From: an uncultured Alphaproteobacteria bacterium
GTDB taxonomy: Bacteria > Pseudomonadota > Alphaproteobacteria > Rhizobiales > Beijerinckiaceae
Direction of reading: 5' to 3'
DNA length: 64,000 nt
Assembly: GCA_963784805.1 (NCBI GenBank)
Contig: CAWASR010000030.1
Span: 9,052 to 73,051 of the forward strand
Below are positions 36,127-45,148 of this stretch, one piece after another. The translations under genes were made by a program, and so were the position numbers. Under the pieces are notes generated by a model. That model saw only the letters and a program-made list of their open reading frames with translations. It searched no databases and had not been told where the DNA came from. Position 1 is the first letter of the stretch, and each line of letters opens with the position of its first letter.

Positions 36127-37245
36127 ATGGCTGACCGGCGCGCGATAGTGGTCGTCGGCTATTCCGCGCGCGCGCTCGCGTCCTCCGCCCGGCGCTCCGG
36201 CTTCTCCCCCCTCGCGATCGATGTATTTGGCGATGACGACACACGCGAGGCCAGCCTCGCTGCGATCACGCTTGCGGGCGGTTTGACCGACGGGTTGACG
36301 GCGAAGGCGGTCACGGACGCGGTCGAGGTCTTGATTCGCGACCACAATCCGATCGGGCTCGTTTACGGCTCCGGATTCGAGCATCAGCCTGCGACAATCG
36401 CCGCGATCGCCCGCGAGACTCGGGTTTTCGGCAACGACGCCCCAACACTCGCTCGGGCCAAGGATCCTTTCGTCCTCGCGCAAATTTGCGCCAGCGCCGG
36501 CGTCGCGCATCCACAGATCGCCACGCGACCGCCCAACGAACCGGAAGGCTGGCTGATGAAGCAGCGCGGCGGGGCGGGCGGCGCGCATATCCTGGCCGCT
36601 ACTCGAGACGGCAAAGTCCCGCCGGACGCCTATTTCCAGCGTGAGGTCGAGGGTCAGAATATTTCGGCGCTATTTGTCGCCGACGGAAGGAACGCCTCGA
36701 TTGTCGGCCTGAGCGCGCAATGGTCGTCGCCAGTGCCGGAAGCGCCATTTCGATACGGCGGCGCCGCCGGTCCCCTCGACCTCGACGCCGCGCCAGCCGA
36801 GGGCATCGAGCGCGCGGTCGGGCGTCTCACCCGAGAACTCGGTCTGGTCGGACTCAACAGCGCCGACTTTCTGGTCACTAATGACGTGGCTTGGCTGGTC
36901 GAGATCAATCCCCGACCCGGCGCCACGCTGGATGTGTTCGATTCGGACCTGGACCCGCTCCTTGCGAATCACGTCGCGGCCTGCGATGGCCGGATAACGG
37001 CGCCCACGGCAAGAACGGAGCGAAGAGCGGCCCAACTCGTCTATGCTTCTTGCGAAACGGCGCCGCGAATCGAACCGAACTGGCCGGATTGGACCGCCGA
37101 CCGACCGGCGCGGGGGACTCGCATCAAAGCAGGAGATCCAATCTGTACGGTGCTCTCCTCCGCGGCGACCGTCGCGGCCGCGAAGCGTCTCGCGGCCCGG
37201 CGGGCGCGCCAAATCGCCGCTCTTTTCAAGGAGTCCACGTGGTGA
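36127..37245 (+). CDS. ATP-grasp-domain protein of the H4MPT island (orf5-like)
   Basis: ...GWLMKQRGGAGGAHI..., ...GLNSADFLVTNDVAWLVEINPRPGATL.... The stop overlaps the mch start. Confidence 0.75.
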   Translation: MADRRAIVVVGYSARALASSARRSGFSPLAIDVFGDDDTREASLAAITLAGGLTDGLTAKAVTDAVEVLIRDHNPIGLVYGSGFEHQPATIAAIARETRVFGNDAPTLARAKDPFVLAQICASAGVAHPQIATRPPNEPEGWLMKQRGGAGGAHILAATRDGKVPPDAYFQREVEGQNISALFVADGRNASIVGLSAQWSSPVPEAPFRYGGAAGPLDLDAAPAEGIERAVGRLTRELGLVGLNSADFLVTNDVAWLVEINPRPGATLDVFDSDLDPLLANHVAACDGRITAPTARTERRAAQLVYASCETAPRIEPNWPDWTADRPARGTRIKAGDPICTVLSSAATVAAAKRLAARRARQIAALFKESTW

Positions 37246-38213
37246 ATCCCGGCCTGCCAATAAGCGTCAACCGTCGCGCCGCCGAGTTGACAGCCTCGCT
37301 GCAACGCGACGCCGCGATCCTGAACCTCGGCGTCGAGAGCGGACCTCTCGGCGAAGCTCTCATCGACGCGGGCGCTTCCTGTCGTGGAGGGGTCGAGGCG
37401 GGCTTGCGCATCGCCGAAATCTGCATGGGAGGTCTCGGCGCGGTGCGGCTTGCGCCGGACAGCGCGACGCCGCGCTGGCCATGGACGATTGCGGTAAGCT
37501 CGCCGCAGCCGGTCATAGCCTGCCTTGGCAGCCAGTACGCGGGTTGGCGTCTGGCGCATGGGACTGGCGCGGATGCCTTCCTTGCGCTCGGCTCGGGCCC
37601 GGCCAGGGCCCTGGCGAAGGTCGAATCCGTGCTGAATGACATAGGCTACGCCGACGAGGCGGATAGCGCGACGCTCGTCATCGAGAGCGGTCGCCCGCCG
37701 CCACCGGAAATTGTCGAGAAAGTGGCTCGCGATTGCCGCATCGCTCCGTCGGCGCTGACCGTGATCTTCGCGCGCACGCAAAGTCCTGCCGGCGCTACGC
37801 AGGTCGTGGCGCGGGTGCTGGAAGTGGCGCTCCACAAAGCGCACCAGCTGAAGTTTCCGCTCGACCGCGTCGTCGACGGCATAGGCGCGGCGCCTCTTTC
37901 CCCGCCGCATCCCGATTTCGTCACTGCGATGGGCCGCACCAACGACGCGATCATCTACGGAGGCCGCGTGCAGCTTTATGTAACCGGACCGGCGGCGGAC
38001 GCCAAAGCGCTTGCCGAGGCGCTGCCTAGCCGCAATTCGCGGGATTTTGGCGCCCCTTTCGCCGAACTTTTCAAACGCTTCAAGGGCGACTTCTACGCCA
38101 TCGATCCGATGCTATTCAGCCCGGCAGAAATCATTGTCACCGCGATCGAAAGCGGCGCGAGTTTTCATGCCGGAGCTCTGCAACACAAAATGCTCGATGC
38201 CAGCTTCACCTGA
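37239..38213 (+). CDS. mch: Methenyl-tetrahydromethanopterin cyclohydrolase
   Basis: AAGGAG RBS 5 nt before GTG 37239. ...VIACLGSQYAGWRL..., ...GRTNDAIIYGG.... 324 aa. The listed 440-aa ORF is an upstream extension. Confidence 0.92.
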   Translation: MVNPGLPISVNRRAAELTASLQRDAAILNLGVESGPLGEALIDAGASCRGGVEAGLRIAEICMGGLGAVRLAPDSATPRWPWTIAVSSPQPVIACLGSQYAGWRLAHGTGADAFLALGSGPARALAKVESVLNDIGYADEADSATLVIESGRPPPPEIVEKVARDCRIAPSALTVIFARTQSPAGATQVVARVLEVALHKAHQLKFPLDRVVDGIGAAPLSPPHPDFVTAMGRTNDAIIYGGRVQLYVTGPAADAKALAEALPSRNSRDFGAPFAELFKRFKGDFYAIDPMLFSPAEIIVTAIESGASFHAGALQHKMLDASFT

Positions 38214-38220
38214 CTCGGCG

Positions 38221-39141
38221 ATGGCGGCTGGCGACGGCCCGGTGGTTCTCATCGTCAGCGATCAGGCCGATTGGCACGCGAGACAGATGGAGGCGGCCTT
38301 CGCCGCCGTCGGCGCGCGCGCCGCAAGGATCGACCTCGCGGAATGCGACTTTGATACGCAGAGCCGCAGCAAGCTGACGTTGTCTCGCTTGGGATCGCGG
38401 CTACCGGACGCCGTGCACGTGCGTACGATGGCGGCCGGCTCGTTCGAGGCGATCACCAAGCGCCTTGGCGTGCTGCACGCCTTGGCCGATCTGGGCGTTG
38501 TCGTTTGGAACGATGCGCGCGCAATTGAACGCTGCGTCGACAAGTCGATGACAAGTTTCCTGCTCGCGCGCGCGGGCCTGCCGACCCCGCCGACCTGGAC
38601 GACGGAGTCGTTGGAAAGCGCGCGCGCGCTTGTCGAACGGGAGGCGCCACACGGCCCGCTCGTTCTCAAACCCCTGTTCGGCTCGCAAGGCAAAGACCTG
38701 CGTCTCATTCATCGGCCGGAGGACTTGCCTGCGCGCGAAAGCGTCGCCGGCGTCTACTATCTTCAGCGTTATATTGAAGTCGGCGCAGAGGACTTTCGTG
38801 ACTATCGGCTGTTCGTGCTCGGGGACCGCGTCGTCGCCGCCATGATGCGGCGATCCCCAACCTGGATCACCAACATCAAGCAGGGCGGCGAGCCCTGCGC
38901 GGTCGAGCGCGATGCGGCTATGGAGCGTCTCGCCGTCTCTGCCGCGCGGGCGGTCGGCGCGGCGATCGCCGGCGTCGACATCCTGAGAGGGGCCGACGGC
39001 GCGCCGACGGTCCTCGAAGTCAACAGCATGCCGGCCTGGAGCGGCCTGCAGAATGTGAGCCGGCGCAACATCGCCCGGGCGATCGCAGCCGATCTAACGG
39101 CCGAGTTGGTCCGCCGTCCGGTGAAGGGCTGCGCCCGGTGA
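38221..39141 (+). CDS. RimK-type ATP-grasp ligase (tetrahydromethanopterin:alpha-L-glutamate ligase-like, orf1/MptN-like)
   Basis: LVLKPLFGSQGKDL, VYYLQRYI, DYRLFVLGDRVVAAM, VLEVNSMPAW. ATG 38221 chosen; ATG 38197 is also possible. Confidence 0.8.
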   Translation: MAAGDGPVVLIVSDQADWHARQMEAAFAAVGARAARIDLAECDFDTQSRSKLTLSRLGSRLPDAVHVRTMAAGSFEAITKRLGVLHALADLGVVVWNDARAIERCVDKSMTSFLLARAGLPTPPTWTTESLESARALVEREAPHGPLVLKPLFGSQGKDLRLIHRPEDLPARESVAGVYYLQRYIEVGAEDFRDYRLFVLGDRVVAAMMRRSPTWITNIKQGGEPCAVERDAAMERLAVSAARAVGAAIAGVDILRGADGAPTVLEVNSMPAWSGLQNVSRRNIARAIAADLTAELVRRPVKGCAR

Positions 39142-40004
39142 CCCTGGTCGACTCCGCGGTGGCCGCGGCGTTCGTCAATGCCTGCCTTGACGAACTCGAC
39201 GCGCTCAAGCCCGGCAACGTGCATCGCTTCGCGCCGGGCCATGGGATGAGCGTCGCCGAGTTCGTCCACAGCGCTGAAGCCAGCGCCGCCCCGATCGCGA
39301 CAATAGGCGCGCGTGTGGGCGCGCGGATTCGCGGCGCGGTGGACGCGACCCTGACCGTGGTCGGCAAGAACACCAATCTCGGCATCATTTTGTTGTGTGC
39401 GCCGCTCGCGGCAGCGGCGGAACTGAAAGATGCCGTCCTGCGCCAGGCGCTCAGGAGCGTCCTTCACAGGCTGGACATGGAAGATGCGGCGGACGCGTTC
39501 GCAGCAATCGCCGCGGCGAATCCCGGCGGCCTTGGCCGCGCTGTCAGCCACGACGTTCGTTCGCCGGCGACCGGGACGCTCCTCGAAGCCATGGCGGAAG
39601 CTGCCGGCAGAGACCAAATCGCGCAGCAATACGTCACCGCATATGAAGATATATTTTTGCTGGGGCTGCCAGCCTTGGCGGCGGCGCCGCGTGCAGGATC
39701 AGACCGTCGCTGGTCGACGCTCGCGGTTTATCTCGCGTTTCTCGCGGCTGCGCCCGACACGCACATATTGAGAAAATTCGATCTCGCAACCGCCGAGGCG
39801 ACCCGGCGCGACGCGGTCTATTGGCGCGACGCCGTGGCGGCGACCAATGACCGCGAGCCCCTGATTGATGGGCTCCTGCAATGGGATTCCGAGCTTAAAG
39901 GGCGTGGGATCAACCCGGGAACAAGCGCGGATTTGACCGTGGCGACGCTTTTTGCCGCCTCCTTGTCGTCAAACCGGGGCGCGCATCTTGCTCTCGTGCG
40001 CTAA
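39138..40004 (+). CDS. Triphosphoribosyl-dephospho-CoA synthase (CitG/MdcB)-family protein of the H4MPT island (orf7-like)
   Basis: ...LKPGNVHRFAPGHGMSV..., GKNTNLGIILL, ...PGTSADLTVA. A 4-nt overlap links it to the upstream gene. Confidence 0.8.
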   Translation: MTLVDSAVAAAFVNACLDELDALKPGNVHRFAPGHGMSVAEFVHSAEASAAPIATIGARVGARIRGAVDATLTVVGKNTNLGIILLCAPLAAAAELKDAVLRQALRSVLHRLDMEDAADAFAAIAAANPGGLGRAVSHDVRSPATGTLLEAMAEAAGRDQIAQQYVTAYEDIFLLGLPALAAAPRAGSDRRWSTLAVYLAFLAAAPDTHILRKFDLATAEATRRDAVYWRDAVAATNDREPLIDGLLQWDSELKGRGINPGTSADLTVATLFAASLSSNRGAHLALVR

Positions 40005-40158
40005 CAGTGCTTGATTTAGGCGCGGGGTGAACAGCCCCGCCTATCCGGCCAACCGATCCCGCCCCAAGGCGGGATGCTGACAACAAGGATAGCCAGTTCG
40101 CCTCGTCGCAACCGGCCCGAGGCGTGCGGATTGTCTTCATCCCTGGGAGGAAATTTGG

Positions 40159-40665
40159 ATGGCTAAGATCAACAAGATGATGGTTGGCGAATCCCTGGTC
40201 GGCGATGGCAACGAGGTCGCGCATATCGATCTGATCATCGGCCCGCGCGGCAGCCCTGTCGAAACCGCTTTCGCCAATGCGCTGACCAACAACAAGGACG
40301 GCTTTACCGCGTTGCTCGCGGTTGTGGCGCCCAACCTGGCCGTCAAGCCTTCGACGATCTTATTTAACAAGGTGACGATCAAGGGCGCCAAACAGGCGGT
40401 CCAGATGTTCGGGCCCGCGCAGCACGCGGTCGCAAAAGCGGTAGCCGACAGCGTAGCGGATGGCACGATTCCGGCGAGCGAGGCCGACGATCTCTTTATC
40501 TGTGTAGGCGTCTTCATCCACTGGGAAGCGGCCGACGACAAGAAGATCCAGGACTTCAACTATCGCGCGACGAAGGAGTCGATCGAACGCGCCGTCTCCG
40601 GTCACCCGACCCCTGCCGAAGTCGTCGCTCAACGCGACACGGCCAAGCATCCCTTCGCCGCCTAG
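40159..40665 (+). CDS. fae: Formaldehyde-activating enzyme
   Basis: [48 protein letters not shown]...[12 protein letters not shown]. 168 aa. Confidence 0.95.
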   Translation: MAKINKMMVGESLVGDGNEVAHIDLIIGPRGSPVETAFANALTNNKDGFTALLAVVAPNLAVKPSTILFNKVTIKGAKQAVQMFGPAQHAVAKAVADSVADGTIPASEADDLFICVGVFIHWEAADDKKIQDFNYRATKESIERAVSGHPTPAEVVAQRDTAKHPFAA

Positions 40666-40811
40666 GCGCGGTCGCGGTCGGCTTCCGTCTCCGAGATCCG
40701 TGCGAGAGAATGGTCTTGCACGGGTCGTGGCGACTCGTCGCCGCGCACTTGCGCGCGATCGGTTCACCGAGACGGAGTATGACGCGCGGGATGTCCGGCC
40801 GGTAGGAGACA

Positions 40812-42038
40812 GTGGCGGTGAGCGCCTTATCGAACTTATGTCGCGCTGCTTTGGCCGCGGCGCTGACAATGAGCGTTAGCGTCGCCGCTTTGGCCGAAAT
40901 CCCTGACCGCACGATCAAGATCGGCGTGCTCAGCGACTTTTCCGGTCCGTTCGCCGACCAGGTCGGCAAGGGCTCGCTGGTTGGCGCTCAGATGGCCGCG
41001 GAGGATTTCGCCGGGGAGGCGGGCGACATCAAGGTCGAGATCATATCCGCCGATCATCAGAACAAGCCAGATATCGGGCTCTCGATAGCACGCCGCTGGA
41101 TCGAGCAAGAAGGCGTCGCAGCGATTGCCGATCTCGCCAACTCCGGAGTGGGGTTGGCGGTAAACGGCTATCTCCACGAAAAAAACCGGACGATGCTCGC
41201 CTCGTCCACGGCGACCTCCGATCTCACCGGAAAATTCTGCCAGCCGACAACAGTTCAGTGGACGCTCGACACCTGGGCGTTGGGTTCGGCCATTGGCCGG
41301 ACAATCACCAATATGGGCGGAAAATCCTGGTATTTCATCAGTTTCGAGTATGCGCTGGGCAAGGCCCTCCAACGCGACACAAGCCAGGCAGTCGCCAAAG
41401 CGGGCGGCTCTGTCGTCGGTTCGGTCTCGCATCCGCTCGGCGTCACCGATTTCGGCTCATATCTGCTGCAGGCGCAGGCCTCCGGCGCCAGTGTCATCGC
41501 GCTGGCTGACACTGGCGCGGACGCGATCAACGCGATCCGGCAGGCGGCGGAGTTTCACGTCGTGGGAGGCGACACCCGTCTTGCCGCGCTGTTTCTCCAG
41601 ATCACAGACATCGAGGCGCTGGGCCTCAACTCCGCGCAGGGTCTTATTCTCGCGGAGGCGTTCTATTGGGATCAGAATGAAGCGACGCGCGCCTTCGCCA
41701 AGCGTTTCGCCGAGCGGATGGGCGGCCGCATGCCGACGGAGGATCAGGCCGGCGTCTATTCCGAGACCCTTGCCTATTTGCGCGCCGCGAAGGCGGCCGA
41801 TACGATCGAGGGCGCCAAGGTCGTCGCTGAGATGCGCAAAGCGCCAATCGACGACCCGCTATTCGGTCGAGTCGTCGTGAGGTCCGACGGGCGCGCCACC
41901 CATGCGATGTATGTATTTAAGGTCAAGGCGCCGGGGGCCTCCAAGGGCCGCTGGGACGATTACGAACTCGTGGAGACGATTCCCGCCGATGAAGCTTTCC
42001 GCCCGCTGGCTGACGACGGCTGTCCGCTCGTGAAGTGA
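40812..42038 (+). CDS. Periplasmic type-I (LivJ/branched-chain-amino-acid-like) ABC substrate-binding protein, orphan
   Basis: Signal peptide ...AALAAALTMSVSVAALA. IKIGVLSDFSGPFADQVGKGS.... No permease or ATPase genes are adjacent. Confidence 0.85.
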   Translation: MAVSALSNLCRAALAAALTMSVSVAALAEIPDRTIKIGVLSDFSGPFADQVGKGSLVGAQMAAEDFAGEAGDIKVEIISADHQNKPDIGLSIARRWIEQEGVAAIADLANSGVGLAVNGYLHEKNRTMLASSTATSDLTGKFCQPTTVQWTLDTWALGSAIGRTITNMGGKSWYFISFEYALGKALQRDTSQAVAKAGGSVVGSVSHPLGVTDFGSYLLQAQASGASVIALADTGADAINAIRQAAEFHVVGGDTRLAALFLQITDIEALGLNSAQGLILAEAFYWDQNEATRAFAKRFAERMGGRMPTEDQAGVYSETLAYLRAAKAADTIEGAKVVAEMRKAPIDDPLFGRVVVRSDGRATHAMYVFKVKAPGASKGRWDDYELVETIPADEAFRPLADDGCPLVK

Positions 42039-42077
42039 AGCGCTTTCGAACAACGGCGACCGGGCGTCTCGTGTCCT

Positions 42078-42698
42078 TCAAAGCTTTGCGTCAAGAGCAA
42101 TGCGCATGAGGTCCATCGAGCTGCGGGCGCCGAGCTTGTGTTTGAGCTGGGTGCAATTGTTGGCGATCGTCTTGTAGGAAATATCCAGTGCATCGGCGAT
42201 CTCGGCCATGGTGCGGCCGGCCGCGATCAGGCGCATGATTTCAAGCTCGCGCGGGCTCAGCGCGGAAATCGCGGTGGGGTTTCCACCGGCGCGCAGGAAG
42301 GCGATCCGGCGCGCCATTTCCGCGTGCAGGTATTGCCCGCCGCCCGCCACCGACTTCACCGCGCCGGAAAATAAGACAGGATCGTCGTTCTTGGCGATAT
42401 AACCCTTGGCGCCCGCCTCAATCGCCCGCGCGGCGATCACGGGATCGTCGTTCATGCTGAACAGAATGAGGTGCGCCTCCGGCTCGCGCTGTAGAACGCG
42501 ACGGATAAGCTCCAGTCCGGAAACGCCAGGCAGATTTAGGTCGATCACCGCAACGTCGGGCTTGAGAGCGAAATAGGCGGAATATCCCGCCCGGCCGTCA
42601 GAAGCCTCGAAAACCTCGACGCTCGGATCCTCAGCTTCCAGGAGCGCCCGGCAGCCGGAAGTCACGATCGGGTGATCGTCGACGATGAGAACCCGCAT
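42078..42698 (-). CDS. NarL/FixJ (LuxR-HTH) family response regulator
   Basis: Start at ATG 42698, MRVLIVDDHPIV. Receiver domain plus LSPRELEIMRLIAAGRTMAEIADALDISYKTIANN. Confidence 0.9.
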   Translation of the reverse strand: MRVLIVDDHPIVTSGCRALLEAEDPSVEVFEASDGRAGYSAYFALKPDVAVIDLNLPGVSGLELIRRVLQREPEAHLILFSMNDDPVIAARAIEAGAKGYIAKNDDPVLFSGAVKSVAGGGQYLHAEMARRIAFLRAGGNPTAISALSPRELEIMRLIAAGRTMAEIADALDISYKTIANNCTQLKHKLGARSSMDLMRIALDAKL

Positions 42699-42859
42699 CG
42701 ACCCGCGACTCCAGCGATCGGGAGGGAGTGATCCTTTCCATCCCATGAAGCGTCCGTTGCCGCGCCTTGGGACGGGCGAGAGCTTGGGCCCGCGCGGCCC
42801 AAAGATTGACAGGCTCGCGGACAAAATCAACGGTGGCCGCAAAAAAGGATCAAATCCGG

Positions 42860-44248
42860 ATGTGGCGCTCGATCTCCCTCCGCAACCGTCTCAATCTCAT
42901 TTTCGGGTCGCTCCTGGCGCTCTGGCTCTGCATGGACGTTGGCCGAACTCTCATCGAAGCGAGCGGGCGGGCGCGCGCCGAGACGCAGAATGCGATGCGA
43001 CTGACCAAGGATATCGTCACCACCACGCTCGGCCGCCTTCAGGACGCGCCCGAGCCGGCGAGGGCCATCGAGGCGCTGCTCGCGAGTCTCCAGAACGTGC
43101 GCCACGTGCGGGTCGGCGTCGGAGAGCCGTCGTTCGCCTCCGCGATCGTGTTGGCTGCAAGAAATTCTTCGCAAACGCCGCGATGGTTCCGCGCGCTCGT
43201 AAACGCGCGGATAGAGGTCGCCGCCGTTCCCGTCGTCTTCAACGGCAGAAGGATGAATTCGATCGTCATTGTCTCCGACCCATCCGCCGTGATCGACGAG
43301 GCCTGGACTAGCGCGCGCGATGAGGCGCTGGCGGGGGCGATGCTGGCTCTCGCGGCCATGAGCGCGACAGGGCTGCTTGTCGGTCGCGCCCTCAAGCCCC
43401 TCGGCGTGGCGGGCGTCACGCTGGCGAGGCTCGAAAGCGGCGACTACGCGTCGCGGGCGGAAGGCGGCGGTCCGCCCGAGATCCGTGATCTCAACGCCAA
43501 GGTCAATAGCCTCGCCGGCGCGCTCGAAGGCCTCAGTCGCGCCAATGGCGAGTTGATCGAGCGCGTGTTCGCCGCTCATGACGAGGAGCGACGTCTCATT
43601 GCGAACGAACTGCACGACGAGTTCGGTCCTCATCTGTTCGCGCTGCGCGCCAGCGCCGCCGTGCTGGCGGCAAAGCTCGGCGAAGCTCCGGCCGCCCATG
43701 CCGCGGCGGTCGCCATCCAGACCCAAGTCGAGGCTCTGCAAGTCCAGAACCGCCGCATACTTGCGCACTTGCGCCCCGCAGCTTTGGAAGAACTCGGACT
43801 TGTGGCCGCGCTGCGCTCATTGGTCGCGCAGTGGAGGCGCGCAGAGCCGGAGGTTGATTTGACGCTCGACGCTCATCCGCGGGCGGAGCGCTTGAGCGAT
43901 CGCGCCAGCTTGATGATCTATCAATTCGTTCAGGAAGGGCTGACCAACGCTTTTCGCCACGCCGGAGCGAGGCGCATCGCCGCGACCCTGACATTCGACG
44001 AATTGGGGCCGGAGGCGAGCTCGCGCGATCCCGAACTCGCCGGGCTCGTCGTTCGCGTCGCCGACGACGGCCACGGGCTGCAAGGCGAATTCGGCGGAGG
44101 CATGGGCCTCGCCGCCATGCGCGACCGCGTTCGGGCGTTCGGGGGACGCGTCGATCTCTTCGCTCCGGCCGAGGGAGGCGCGGTCATCGAGGCGAGATTT
44201 GGCGCAGCTTCGGCCCCGTGTGATCGGGAAGAACACGGACCGGATTAG
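42860..44248 (+). CDS. Sensor histidine kinase, HisKA_3 (NarX/DesK-like) type
   Basis: ATG 42860. TM1 LNLIFGSLLALWL and a second TM LAGAMLALAAMSATGLLVG. H-box ELHDEFGPHLFAL. HATPase ...VADDGHGL...GGMGLAAMRDR. Divergent from the response regulator. Confidence 0.85.
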   Translation: MWRSISLRNRLNLIFGSLLALWLCMDVGRTLIEASGRARAETQNAMRLTKDIVTTTLGRLQDAPEPARAIEALLASLQNVRHVRVGVGEPSFASAIVLAARNSSQTPRWFRALVNARIEVAAVPVVFNGRRMNSIVIVSDPSAVIDEAWTSARDEALAGAMLALAAMSATGLLVGRALKPLGVAGVTLARLESGDYASRAEGGGPPEIRDLNAKVNSLAGALEGLSRANGELIERVFAAHDEERRLIANELHDEFGPHLFALRASAAVLAAKLGEAPAAHAAAVAIQTQVEALQVQNRRILAHLRPAALEELGLVAALRSLVAQWRRAEPEVDLTLDAHPRAERLSDRASLMIYQFVQEGLTNAFRHAGARRIAATLTFDELGPEASSRDPELAGLVVRVADDGHGLQGEFGGGMGLAAMRDRVRAFGGRVDLFAPAEGGAVIEARFGAASAPCDREEHGPD

Positions 44249-44373
44249 CGAGCTGGCTCGGGCGGGTTGAAATTGGGGGCGGGCGCCGAGCAAGGCGACC
44301 CCGAGTCAAGGCGCTCGCCTCCCCTTCGCCCGTAACGGACTCGGCGAATTATCGAGGACGGAACCGCCTCGCT

Positions 44374-45012
44374 CTAAACCCCATACGCCTTCAAGAACAC
44401 CTCGACCCCGGCCTTGACCGAGCCTTCGATGGCCTCGCGGCTGATGGAATCGACCACGCCGAACAGGAGGCGCTTGTAGCCGAAGCTCAGGCAGAGATCG
44501 ATGAATTGCCACGCGGCGCGCTCGGGATCCGGAACCTTCAGCGCGCCCGCTCTCTCGATCGCCCGCAGCTCGTCGGCCAGGCGCGTCGCGCCATACAGAG
44601 GGCCCGCCTCGTAGAAAGCGCGACCGACATTGGGGAACTTCTCCGCCGCGGCGATGACTACGCGAGCGAGAGCGAGGTGGCCCGGCTCGGTCATCCGAAC
44701 AAGAAGCCTGACCCCAAAATCGGTCAGCATCGCCGGCACGTCGCCCTCGCGCCTGAAGACGCACAGGCGTTCCGCGGCTTGCCCGAACTCGCCGCGAATG
44801 ATCGCCTCGAACAGCTCATCTTTGGAGCTGAAATAGGCGTAGAGCGTGCCCTTGGAGACGCCGGCCGCGCGCGCCACGTCGTTCATGCTAGCGCCGTCGA
44901 AGCCGGCGCTCAGGAATACCGAACGCGCGCCGTCCATGATCTGGCGCTTCTTGGCGCCGATTTCGTTCCGGCCGGCGGCTTCCTGTTCCGGGGCTTCCAA
45001 TTCCATACTCAT
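44374..45012 (-). CDS. TetR/AcrR-family transcriptional repressor
   Basis: HTH IMDGARSVFLSAGFDGASMNDVARAAGVSKGTLYAYF. Divergent from the efflux operon. ATG 45012 is preferred over TTG 45015. Confidence 0.88.
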   Translation of the reverse strand: MSMELEAPEQEAAGRNEIGAKKRQIMDGARSVFLSAGFDGASMNDVARAAGVSKGTLYAYFSSKDELFEAIIRGEFGQAAERLCVFRREGDVPAMLTDFGVRLLVRMTEPGHLALARVVIAAAEKFPNVGRAFYEAGPLYGATRLADELRAIERAGALKVPDPERAAWQFIDLCLSFGYKRLLFGVVDSISREAIEGSVKAGVEVFLKAYGV

Positions 45013-45035
45013 CAAGACCTTCCACCGACCGAATC

Positions 45036-45120
45036 ACTGACCGAACGGTTCAGTTCGATTTTGCTTGCTTTAATCCCCGGGTTGGACTATGTCAAGAAAA
45101 ATTGACCGAACCGTTCGGTC
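45036..45120. promoter_or_regulatory. Two related palindromic operator candidates in the tetR / efflux intergenic region
   Basis: Perfect 8-1-8 palindrome GACCGAAC-c-GTTCGGTC at 45104-45120. A related imperfect copy, ACTGACCGAACGGTTCAGT, lies at 45036-45054. Both share TGACCGAAC.GTTC. Confidence 0.5.
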
Positions 45121-45148
45121 GCAATTTGGTTTTAGGTTGGGTTTTTCG

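Noticed and set aside
40698-40723. Hairpin after fae as an intrinsic terminator
   Set aside because: It has a 9-bp stem (one G-U pair) with an 8-nt loop but no downstream U-tract, so the evidence is too weak for a terminator call.
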